The position numbers and the translations under genes are program-made. Source: Thermoproteus sp. (GTDB taxonomy: Archaea; Thermoproteota; Thermoprotei; Thermoproteales; Thermoproteaceae). From it: a stretch of DNA of 18,776 bases. Shown here one piece after another: positions 1 through 7,984 of the stretch. The notes beneath the pieces were generated by a model. The model was not told the DNA's origin and ran no database searches. It saw only the letters and a program-made list of their open reading frames with translations. Each line of letters starts with the position of its first letter. The stretch's first letter is position 1. The stretch is from contig JBMFIG010000027.1 in assembly GCA_049976425.1 (NCBI GenBank), positions 1 through 18,776 of the forward strand, read 5' to 3'.

Positions 1-32
1 ACCTCAAACTCCCTATCCAACAACTCCGACAC
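1..32 (-). CDS. 5' end of a gene running off the left edge (MSELLDREFE...)
   Basis: GTG at 32..30 opens a frame to the window edge; a minus-strand TTTTTTAAG TATA-like box at 52-60 fits a leaderless start. Too short to assign a function. Confidence 0.4.
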   Translation of the reverse strand, partial: MSELLDREFE

Positions 33-253
33 GGCAATATACGGAGAACAGCTTAAAAAACACCGCGCGATGGCCGCAGAGCGCTAATGAGGCGCCTTTC
101 TCAGTTGAGGCGGCCGGTTTGTGGGGGCTGAGGTCTGGCTAGGCTGGCCGGCGCCGTCTGGAGGCCGCGGAGCCGCGTCGAATTGAGGAATGTCTCATCG
201 GCAGAGGGGCTGTCGCCCGCTTTTCCAACACGCGCCGGCCCCTCAGTAAACAT

Positions 254-271
254 AAAAGTAAACTTTATATG
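254..271 (+). promoter_or_regulatory. BRE/TATA promoter of vapBC with an overlapping small palindrome
   Basis: AAAAGTAAAC-TTTATAT (TATA 264-270) about 25 nt before GTG 291; AAAGT-AA-ACTTT inverted repeat at 255-266. Confidence 0.6.
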
Positions 272-290
272 TATACGCGCGCGTGCAGGC

Positions 291-527
291 GTGAGCGAGG
301 TTATCTCGATAAGAGTGAGAAGAGAGTTGAAAAGGGCGTTGGAGGAGCTGGGCATAGACTACGCCGAGGAGGTCAGGAGGTTCCTGGAGCAACTTGTGGC
401 TAGAGAGCGGAGGCGGAGGGCTCTGGAGAGGGCGCGGTCGCTGAGGGAGGCCGTCGAGAGGGAGGCGGGCGCGTTGCCGCACGTCGCGGAGCTGATAAGG
501 GAGGATAGAGATGGAGATAGCCGCTGA
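291..527 (+). CDS. vapB: VapB-type antitoxin (ribbon-helix-helix-like), 78 aa
   Basis: Start moved to GTG 291 (MSEVISIRVRRELKRALEELGIDYAEEVRRFLE). RHH-like N-terminus, C-terminal ELIREDRD typical of archaeal VapB, and a 17-nt overlap with a PIN gene. Confidence 0.8.
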   Translation: MSEVISIRVRRELKRALEELGIDYAEEVRRFLEQLVARERRRRALERARSLREAVEREAGALPHVAELIREDRDGDSR

Positions 528-909
528 CGCCTCGGCTATAGCCGCACTCTTCTTGCCGGAGGACAAAAGCGCCGTTGTTGAGAAGCTGTTCGGGCAGGCG
601 GAGGCGATACACACGCTGGACCTAGCCGCCTACGAGGTGCTGAACGCCGTGTGGAAATACGCCAGGAGAGGCGTTATAGGGCGGAGGCTGGCCGAGGAGA
701 TCGAGACGGAGCTTCTGGATCTGCTCAAGACCTTGTACATCCACCGCTACGAGGAGGTGCTTCCCGACGCCTTCAGGTTAGCCTTAGAGAAAGGCGTCAC
801 CGTATACGACGCCGCATATGTGGTCCTCGCCCAGAAGCTGGGCACGCCTCTGTTGACGTTAGACAGGAGGCTGGCCGAGGAGTTCCCCCGCCTGGTCTAC
901 ATGCCTTAG
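511..909 (+). CDS. vapC: VapC PIN-domain ribonuclease toxin
   Basis: PIN acidic residues present: DASA, AYEVLNAV, TVYDAAY, LLTLD. SD-like GGGAGG at 499-504. Confidence 0.92.
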   Translation: MEIAADASAIAALFLPEDKSAVVEKLFGQAEAIHTLDLAAYEVLNAVWKYARRGVIGRRLAEEIETELLDLLKTLYIHRYEEVLPDAFRLALEKGVTVYDAAYVVLAQKLGTPLLTLDRRLAEEFPRLVYMP

Positions 910-939
910 CGTAAGCTGTCTAAAAACCAGATACAGATC

Positions 940-1605
940 GTGGGCGACTCTTGTCGGAGGCTTGAGCAGTTGATAGAGAGGTTGTTGGAGATCGCGGGGG
1001 ACGTGCCGGCGGTCAATTTAGGCGAGGCGAAGGTGGAGGAGGTGGGCTACGAGCCCGCGAGACTTCTGGCTTACGAGAAGATCGGAGCCGACGTCGCGTT
1101 GAGGCTTTACGGCCGGGTGATACGGCGGCTCCTGAAGATGAGGCGCTTGGACCGGGGCTCGGCCGAGGAGGCGATAAGGGAGGAGCTTCGACAGATGGGG
1201 CTGGATAGGTCCTTCTACGGCGACCTCGTGGCGTTGGTGTACGACGATCTGAGGAGGATGGGCATAGTCGCTATAGGCCAAGGCGGTCCCTGGCCGGCCC
1301 AGAAGGAGGCCACGCCCACTGCGTTGGGCGAGCAGTTGAGGAGATGTCTCGACGTACCTCGGGACGAGGACCTAGGCGCCTTCGCCGTTGCTTTCTGCTA
1401 CGTGAGGAGCTGGCCTCTGGATCCCCAAGAGGCCGGCTTCTGCACCGCCCTCTCCGATGGCCGTCTACCGGAAGGCCACGAGCCCCTCGTGAGGAGGGCA
1501 GTGGAGCTGTTCTACAACAACGCCCCACCTGCGTGTATCCCATATGCCTCGGATATAGCGAAGGCCAGGGCGTTGTTGACCCGCGCCGTCGCGCAGTCCC
1601 TCTAG
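940..1605 (+). CDS. Hypothetical protein, 221 aa; possible winged-helix-like segment
   Basis: Long ORF with host-like codon use and GTG start after CTAAAAA (920-926). DDLRRMGIV...TPTALG loosely resembles a wHTH wing. Confidence 0.65.
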   Translation: MGDSCRRLEQLIERLLEIAGDVPAVNLGEAKVEEVGYEPARLLAYEKIGADVALRLYGRVIRRLLKMRRLDRGSAEEAIREELRQMGLDRSFYGDLVALVYDDLRRMGIVAIGQGGPWPAQKEATPTALGEQLRRCLDVPRDEDLGAFAVAFCYVRSWPLDPQEAGFCTALSDGRLPEGHEPLVRRAVELFYNNAPPACIPYASDIAKARALLTRAVAQSL

Positions 1606-1793
1606 GGCTGGTCGCCGTCGATATCAAGAACTCCAGGCGTTCCCCGCCCCGTCTCTGGCCGACTCCACGTCGGGATCCGCCGTTACGTAGTACGCCGCCG
1701 ATGAGGATCTCGCCGTTCGCCCTCTCGGACAGAAGTATTTGCCGTCGTGGTAAAAAGGAGATCTTCAGCCGAGTCCTCGGGCGGACAACTGCT

Positions 1794-2906
1794 CTAGTCC
1801 TCGGGCAGTAGTCTCTTCACCACTGCGTAGTAGAAGGCTACGCTGAACAGGGCGGTGAAGAACAGCGTGGAGCCCAGGGCGACGTAGATGGCGGCCGGCG
1901 GCATCTGGATCAGCCGGTTGACCAACTGCGCGGCGGGTATGCCGCCGTTCCCCGTGACGAACATGTAGGGGTACCTCGCTCCGTCGTTGACGTATTCCAT
2001 GAGGATCATGACGGCCTCGGCCAACACGCCTGCGGCCACGGCGGTTGCTCTGGGCGCCTTGCCTCTAGTTGCTTGATAGAACGCGTAGGTGGCCGTCAGC
2101 CCCAGCGCGACGGCCAGCGCTACGGCCGTGTAGAATGCGGGGTAGAACAAGCCGCTGGGCGGGTCGTAGCCAAGGAGGGGCCCGGCGATGTTGGCGGCTA
2201 TATACGGGTCGTATTTGGCCAGCACCGCGAAGTAGTAGCCGCCTGCCGCGGCTTGAGGCGCCAGGAGGGCTAAGCCGACGCCGAGCGATAGCCTCACGCC
2301 GTATAGGTCCGGGTTTTTCCTGGCGGCGAGCACCGCGGCGAGGACGAACGCGCCGATGTCCACCGCGCCTATTATGGTGTGGGCTATGAGGGGCGGGTAT
2401 ATGGGGTTTGCGAAGGCGTCTGTGGGGCTGAAGCCCGGCTTCATGAACTGGGGGTAGTCGAGCTCGGCGAATAGGTACCTGAAGCCTATGGGCACCAACA
2501 GGACCGACGCGGCGAGGGGTATGCCCAACGCGCTGTGGGCCCTCGGCCCTATTCTGCCCCAGAGGTGCCAGTAGGCGGCTATCAACGGTATGCTCGCCAC
2601 TATGCCCACCAGGGCTACGGCGATGGGGTAGAAGTCCGCCTTCATGAATATGGCCGTCATGGAGGGGAAGGCAGACGCCATGTACACCGTCAGTATAGTG
2701 GCCCAGACCCCGGCGAATAGGTCGGTGGCGACCATGAGCCTGAACATGTCGCGGGCGAGGGCGTCCAGCCTCGCGTCGTTGTGCCTGTAGGCTAGGTATC
2801 TGACGAGGATCGTCAAGATCGTGGCGCCTATTATCACATTGACGAAGACCAAATGCATCTCTAGGAAGAATCCGAGGAGGACGAAGGAGAGGAAGGCGCT
2901 ATTCAT
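1794..2906 (-). CDS. Cytochrome bd oxidase second subunit, archaeal CydA'-type
   Basis: Multi-TM 370 aa protein overlapping the cydA stop by 8 nt. CydA-like segments EMHLVFV, IAHTIIGA and MEYVNDGARYPY point to a CydA paralog rather than a canonical CydB. Confidence 0.8.
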   Translation of the reverse strand: MNSAFLSFVLLGFFLEMHLVFVNVIIGATILTILVRYLAYRHNDARLDALARDMFRLMVATDLFAGVWATILTVYMASAFPSMTAIFMKADFYPIAVALVGIVASIPLIAAYWHLWGRIGPRAHSALGIPLAASVLLVPIGFRYLFAELDYPQFMKPGFSPTDAFANPIYPPLIAHTIIGAVDIGAFVLAAVLAARKNPDLYGVRLSLGVGLALLAPQAAAGGYYFAVLAKYDPYIAANIAGPLLGYDPPSGLFYPAFYTAVALAVALGLTATYAFYQATRGKAPRATAVAAGVLAEAVMILMEYVNDGARYPYMFVTGNGGIPAAQLVNRLIQMPPAAIYVALGSTLFFTALFSVAFYYAVVKRLLPED

Positions 2907-4545
2907 GGCCCCCTCCCCTCAGCTTGTCTATAAGCCCGGGCCTTGTCGCCGTGTAGTACATGGCCGCGGCGCCTAGGGCCGCTATTGCGGCTAGCACGAG
3001 GAGGACGAAGGCGGCGAAGCCCGGCGTCACTTCGACGCTGGTCACCACCTCGTTGGTGGTGAAGAGGCCGTAGACGGTCCAAGGCTGTCTGCCCACCTCC
3101 CTCGCCGCCCAGCCGGCGCTCGCCGCGACGGCCGACAGCACCGCCATGGCTGAGGCCAGGAAGGGAAGCACGTTGTCCCTGCCCAAGAGTTTGCCGAGCA
3201 ATCTGAAGTTTATGAAGTCGGCTATAGCCGAGAGGACAGGTGCTCTGACCAGATAGGTGAGGAGGACGAGGAGGGCGGCGATAGCCAGCAGTATGCCGGA
3301 TCCAACCATCGTGTAGTACATGGCGCTGACTAGAGGGGCCAGAGGCTCGAGCGAGAGGACGGCCGCCTCGCAGTTCTGGGCCAGCGTGGCGTTGGCCAGC
3401 GGCCCGAGGTACCCCAGCGCCTGTGGGTCTAATTGCCGGTAGAGCTGGCCGAACGTGGCGTTGCCCAGCTCGCCGCATTGCTGGAGGTAGTACTGGAAGC
3501 CGTATATCGGGTGGTTGGGGTTGCCGTAGGCGAAGAGCGCCTCTATGGGGTCGTTGAAGGAGTAGCCGTACACCACCTGTCCCCCGGTGAGGGCTACCGA
3601 GGCGGTGAACTTGAGGGGCTGGTACTCCACCACGTCCTCGCCCATGAAGTGGCCAGATATGGGCTGGGCCAAGACCACTACGGCCATTATCCAGAGGAGG
3701 GGCTTGAGGAGCTTGAGGTACTTCTCGTCTCTCGTCCTGAGATACCTAACCGATAGGGCCAGCGCCACGGCCCCGACGCCCACCGCGTAGGCCGCGAGCA
3801 GTGTATGGACGGTGGTGCTGATCGCGTCGGGATTGGCGAGCGGTAGCCATGGGTCGGCGAAGAAGGGCCCCACCGCCTGGGTGAAGTTCACGTTGGCCAA
3901 CGCGGCGGAGCCCGCCCCGGCGAGCGTGTGGCTCATGACGAGCGCGGCCAGGGTCAACGTCGAAGTGAGGTTGGCCGCGTCTGGGCCGTACGTCGGCAGG
4001 AAGGGATAGAGGGCTCTCGGTATCCCGCCTACGCCCCAGGGGACGTTCATCCAGGCGTTGACAGTCAGGATGAAGTAGCCGGAGAGAGATCCTAGGGCCC
4101 AGGCGGCCAGAAGTATGGACAAGGTGTATCTGGCCCGCCACCTCCCCACTGCTATGACGAAGAGCCCGACGAGGACGGCCTCGCCTATAAACGCTATAGT
4201 GGCCTCGTAGAACAGCGGCACGAAGCCCGAGGATGAGAAGAGCAGAATGCTGGTCGGCCATATGTCGAGGAGGCCGAACTCGACGACGGTGCCCGTCACG
4301 ACGCCGAGGGCGAAGTTGACGGCCCACACCGCCGTGAGCGTCTTGGCGTATTTGAGGTAGAGCCCGTCCCCCGTCCTGTACCACTTGATCAGCCACGCGA
4401 GTATGGCGAGCGGGAACCCCAAGGTGAGGGACACGAAGGCCGCGTGTAGGTATATGCCGAACGTCGAGACGAGGAGGGCGTTGTCGGCGCTCGCCGTGTG
4501 TAAATATAGGGCGTCGACGGCCCCGTCTCCGGTCGAGATTGCCAT
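2899..4545 (-). CDS. cydA: Cytochrome bd quinol oxidase subunit I
   Basis: Motifs LHAAFVSLTLG, NFALGVVTGTVVEF, NAWMNVPWG, VHTLLAAY, QPLK, TMVGSG and GWAAREVGRQPWTVYG. Confidence 0.95.
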   Translation of the reverse strand: MAISTGDGAVDALYLHTASADNALLVSTFGIYLHAAFVSLTLGFPLAILAWLIKWYRTGDGLYLKYAKTLTAVWAVNFALGVVTGTVVEFGLLDIWPTSILLFSSSGFVPLFYEATIAFIGEAVLVGLFVIAVGRWRARYTLSILLAAWALGSLSGYFILTVNAWMNVPWGVGGIPRALYPFLPTYGPDAANLTSTLTLAALVMSHTLAGAGSAALANVNFTQAVGPFFADPWLPLANPDAISTTVHTLLAAYAVGVGAVALALSVRYLRTRDEKYLKLLKPLLWIMAVVVLAQPISGHFMGEDVVEYQPLKFTASVALTGGQVVYGYSFNDPIEALFAYGNPNHPIYGFQYYLQQCGELGNATFGQLYRQLDPQALGYLGPLANATLAQNCEAAVLSLEPLAPLVSAMYYTMVGSGILLAIAALLVLLTYLVRAPVLSAIADFINFRLLGKLLGRDNVLPFLASAMAVLSAVAASAGWAAREVGRQPWTVYGLFTTNEVVTSVEVTPGFAAFVLLVLAAIAALGAAAMYYTATRPGLIDKLRGGGHE

Positions 4546-4580
4546 ATACAGTCCTCGTTATATCCCTAAAAATTAAGTCG

Positions 4581-4643
4581 TATATAGGACAAAAATAGTC
4601 CTAAATAGATATTCTACAAACTAATTGGACTATAGATGTTCTT
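4581..4643. promoter_or_regulatory. Candidate operator: TAGGAC-N7-GTCCTA plus a degenerate second copy 40 bp away
   Basis: TATATAGGAC-AAAAATA-GTCCTAAATA (4581-4607, 9/10 inverted match) and TTGGAC-TATAGAT-GTTCTT (4625-4643), in the AT-rich gap between cydA and the divergent wHTH gene. Confidence 0.55.
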
Positions 4644-4707
4644 AGAGATGTCGTAGGTAGGATAGGTGTAAAATACAAAAATTATAAAACTAGTTCATTA
4701 AGGTGTA

Positions 4708-5208
4708 GTGGTCCTCAAGATCATCGAGAGGTGCGGCTTGGGGTCCGACCGGCTCATGGGGGATATATTAGGTTACATAGTTGTGAACGGGCCCGCGACG
4801 GCGTACAGAATCGCCCGCGATATGAACATACATTTCGCCCAGGCCTATAGGAAGGTCAAGAGGCTTGAGAGGTTTAGGCTGGTGAGGAGGATCGACGGCA
4901 GGCGCGGCGACGTCTTCGAGGCCACTGTGAGGGGCCTCGTGGCGTGTTACTACTACTCGTGCGCCGACAGGCGGGTCGTCGCGGCGCGGCTGGCCCGCGG
5001 CGTAGATAGAGAGGTCGTGAGCCGGTTCTTGGACGCGTATTTCCAGTATGCCGGCGAGTGCGCGCCTGTCGACGACCTGCCGCTCATGGTTTTCTACGCG
5101 GTGTCGGTGGGCGTGCCGATGAGGTATGTGGCCGATCTACTGCCGCTCTTGAGGCCTATCTGCTCCATCGTCTCGGCGGCTGTTCCCGAGATCGAAACCG
5201 CGAAATAG
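4708..5208 (+). CDS. Winged-helix transcriptional regulator
   Basis: ILGYIVVNGPATAYRIARDMNIHFAQAYRKVKRLERFRLV...FEATVRG is a clear wHTH pattern; TATA ATTATAAA at 4681-4688. Confidence 0.8.
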   Translation: MVLKIIERCGLGSDRLMGDILGYIVVNGPATAYRIARDMNIHFAQAYRKVKRLERFRLVRRIDGRRGDVFEATVRGLVACYYYSCADRRVVAARLARGVDREVVSRFLDAYFQYAGECAPVDDLPLMVFYAVSVGVPMRYVADLLPLLRPICSIVSAAVPEIETAK

Positions 5209-5217
5209 TTTTTTGTT
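5209..5217 (+). terminator. Oligo-T terminator candidate
   Basis: TTTTTTGTT directly after the regulator's TAG. Confidence 0.4.
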
Positions 5218-5236
5218 CCGGCCGACCGCCGTCTCC

Positions 5237-5737
5237 GTGTTGCTGGGCGTTGTGTCGGATACTCACGACGATTGGGTCGCCATAAGGAGCATTGGGAAGC
5301 TGTTTAGGAGGCCGGCGTGTCGGCTGTGGTGCATGCTGGCGATTGGACTTCGCCGTTCAGTATGTTGAAGATGCGCCGGGCGCTCGGCACGGACATCCCT
5401 ATATACCGTCTTGGGCAACAACGAGGGGGATCTCTTCGCCATGGCCATGAAGGCCGCTGAGATGGACGTGAAGGTCCTGGGCGAGGCGGGTCTGATCGAG
5501 ATGGGCGGCAGGAGGGTAGGGGTGTACCACGGCACGTCTAGGCTCCTCGTCGAGGCCATGGCCAGATCTGGCATGTTCGACGTAGTTATCTACGGCCACA
5601 CCCACAGGGTCGACGTGAGCAGGCTGAACGGCGCCTTGGTGCTCAACCCAGGCGAGGCGTGCGGTTGCGCCACTGAGAGGAGGACCGCGGCCTTGCTCGA
5701 TCTGGAGGCCTTGAAGGTTGATATCTTGGATATATGA
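5237..5737 (+). pseudogene. YfcE/MJ0936-family metallophosphoesterase with two frameshifts (real or assembly error)
   Basis: GTG 5237 gives MLLGVVSDTHD; a shift near 5306-5310 gives VVHAGDWTSPF; a second shift near 5404-5408 returns to the first frame for VLGNNEGD...YHG...YGHTH...LNPGE. About 167 aa when repaired; the unshifted frame stops at TGA 5366-5368. Confidence 0.85.
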
Positions 5738-6221
5738 GGTGGCTGGGCCTCTGCAAGACGGGGACGGTGATGGACTATCGCCCGGTTCTCTTCCTAGAGG
5801 AGGGCGGGGGCTACGCCGTGGTTAGGTCCAGATCGGGCAGATCGGCTGTGGCCAGAGTGGAGCGGGGGGAGCAGTGCGTCGGGTCTCTCGGGAGGTGGCC
5901 TTGCTACTCTATCCGGAGCTGGGATGGGAGCATATGCCGGTCGAGGCGCCTTTTCAGATAGAGAGGGTGGACCCCGTCAAGGCGACCAGGGTGGTCATGA
6001 GGGTGCCCTTCGGCATAGGCGAAGTCGTCGTAAGGAGGCAGCTGTTGGGGTATCCCATATACGAGAGGGCCATCGCGTTGGAGTTCATGGACCATATAGA
6101 GTTCGGCGAGGTGGTCCACGTAGAGCCCCGCGACTTCTCGGTGGTGGCGGAGGACACGGCGCTCCGCCTCGTCGAGGTGCCCGTGGAGGAAAACGAGATA
6201 GTGTACGCCAGGCGTAGGTAG
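5734..6221 (+). pseudogene. Stand-alone CDC48/VAT N-domain-like protein with a frameshift at ~5881
   Basis: Adding one G to GGG at 5881-5883 joins ORFs 5734..5961 and 5874..6221 (EQCVG-VSREVALLLYPE) into 162 aa. PVKATRVVM...VRRQLLGYPI...VVHVEP...VAEDTAL resembles the CDC48 N-terminal second subdomain. ATGA overlap with the upstream gene. Confidence 0.6.
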
Positions 6222-6569
6222 CTACGCGGGAGGCGGCACGTACTCCTTCTCCTTGGCGGCCGCCGCCTTGATCTCGTCCATCTTCTGGAGGACCTTCTCC
6301 AAGGCTTCCCTCCCGGCGTTCTTGGTGGCGGCCACGGCCTCGAAGAGGGCTCTCCGGAACGCGACCGGGAGATCCTCTATGAAGCCTCTGGAGTCGACCC
6401 TGGCGGCGGGGAACTCTTGGAGGATCCTCTTGGCCAGATCGTCGTCCACCTCGACCTCCAATATCCTTATCTCGCCGCCGAACATAGACCGCAAGTTGGA
6501 GGCCAGCGGCGTGTCCTTTATCGCCTCGTACCTCTTCTCGTCAATCAGCAGGCCTATCTTGTACGTCAT
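6222..6569 (-). CDS. Hypothetical protein translationally coupled to sat, 115 aa
   Basis: ATGA overlap with the sat stop (6566-6569); soluble, charged, host-like codon use. Confidence 0.8.
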   Translation of the reverse strand: MTYKIGLLIDEKRYEAIKDTPLASNLRSMFGGEIRILEVEVDDDLAKRILQEFPAARVDSRGFIEDLPVAFRRALFEAVAATKNAGREALEKVLQKMDEIKAAAAKEKEYVPPPA

Positions 6570-7933
6570 AGCTCCACCTCCAGCTCGCCTTCTTTTATCT
6601 TTAGATACCTATCCGTGACGAAGGGATAGCCGTAGACCTTCCACCACTTGACTATCACGTCGTAGACCTCGGGCCTCATGACGACCTTCGGCGGCCTCAG
6701 ACCCTCTATGATCAGCCCTCTGAGGAAGGAGCCGGATATCTTCTCAGGCTCGTGCCCGCATAGGGGAGCCTCCTTGACGTCGCCGTAGGATATGCCCAGA
6801 TAGGTGTACTCGCCGCACTTGGGACAGTAGGCGAACTCGCCCATGTTGACGGGGCGGATCTTCAGCCCCTTGTCGATCTCGTTAGGCGGGCCGTTTATGC
6901 CGTAGCTGGGGAGGCCTCTCGTCCACAATATCTGTGTCGCGTAGGGGTCGTAGTACTCGCCCGTCGCGGCGTGGTCTCGGCCGAACATGTGGTGGGTGGC
7001 CCCCATGTTCTGCCTAATGATGCCGTGTAGTATGGACTCCAGGGGGTTGCCGTACCTCATGTCCCATAGCGTCATGGTGACGAGGTGTCTGTCTCTGTGG
7101 AAGTAGCCGAACTTGTTCAGAGCCTCGTGGCCCTCCAGTATGGCCTCGTCGACGTAGTCGCCGGGCCTCTTAGCGCCTATTATGGCGTTCACGAGGACGG
7201 CGTCGCCGGGCCTTTCGCCTCCGGCCACGAACATTGCCCTCTTCATGAGCATCTCGTGGCCCATATGGGGGACGTTGCGGGTCTGGTGCGCGACCACGAC
7301 GCGCCAGCCCCTCCTGGCGACGTACTCCCGCGACTCCCGCGGAGGCATCCAGAACCTCGCGTAGGGCTCCTTGAATCTGGGCGGGTTCACCACCGTGACC
7401 CGCCCGGCGAGGGCCACGGGCTTGAGGGAGCGGTATATGAGCCAGCCGGGGTGCTTCTCGTCGAATCTACGCCTCACGACCTCTTTGTTCTTCTCGGGGG
7501 TCCCGAACACAGCGTCGGCGAACTCCTTGCGGTCGGGGAGCTTCCAGATCTCCTCTATATCGAGGACGGCGAACGGCTTGCCCTTGAGGGTCAAGAGGGC
7601 CTTGTCGCCCTCCTTAAGCCCGAGCGCCTTCAGCCTGTCCTCATCCACGTCGAAGACGAGCGGGAAGGGGAACAGCCAGCCGCTGAGGAGGCGCCTCTCC
7701 CTCAACACGCTCTCGACCTCGTTCCTCGTCATGAAGCCCTCCACCGGGCTGAAGAAGCCGTACGCTATCGACATTATCTCGCGGTAGGGGTTCCTTATGG
7801 GCGCCCCGTCGGGGCCCACCGTGGGCTCTATCTCGAGCTTCGTCAAGCCCGCCGTCATTGCGGCGGCTCTATCCCTATCCTCGACGACGTTGTAGACCAG
7901 CCTCCCTCCGTGGGGCTCCAACGGCGCCGGCAT
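6566..7933 (-). CDS. sat: Sulfate adenylyltransferase (ATP sulfurylase)
   Basis: PHGGRL, GFFSPVEGFM, QTRNVPHMGHE, GRDHA and CPKC...C..H motifs. Likely ATG at 7933 (MPAPLEPHGG); the alternative is TTG 7951. Frame intact. Confidence 0.96.
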   Translation of the reverse strand: MPAPLEPHGGRLVYNVVEDRDRAAAMTAGLTKLEIEPTVGPDGAPIRNPYREIMSIAYGFFSPVEGFMTRNEVESVLRERRLLSGWLFPFPLVFDVDEDRLKALGLKEGDKALLTLKGKPFAVLDIEEIWKLPDRKEFADAVFGTPEKNKEVVRRRFDEKHPGWLIYRSLKPVALAGRVTVVNPPRFKEPYARFWMPPRESREYVARRGWRVVVAHQTRNVPHMGHEMLMKRAMFVAGGERPGDAVLVNAIIGAKRPGDYVDEAILEGHEALNKFGYFHRDRHLVTMTLWDMRYGNPLESILHGIIRQNMGATHHMFGRDHAATGEYYDPYATQILWTRGLPSYGINGPPNEIDKGLKIRPVNMGEFAYCPKCGEYTYLGISYGDVKEAPLCGHEPEKISGSFLRGLIIEGLRPPKVVMRPEVYDVIVKWWKVYGYPFVTDRYLKIKEGELEVEL

Positions 7934-7984
7934 TGAGAAGGAGGATATCAATAGTTTTAAGAATTATTATATACCCACTGTTAA

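Noticed and set aside
1606-1793. sRNA or small ORF between convergent genes
   Set aside because: CCGATGA is C-box-like, but there is no properly spaced CTGA and no convincing start codon.
7085-7936. 283-aa plus-strand ORF, and similar overlapping ORFs elsewhere in the track
   Set aside because: Shadow of sat; no independent coding evidence.
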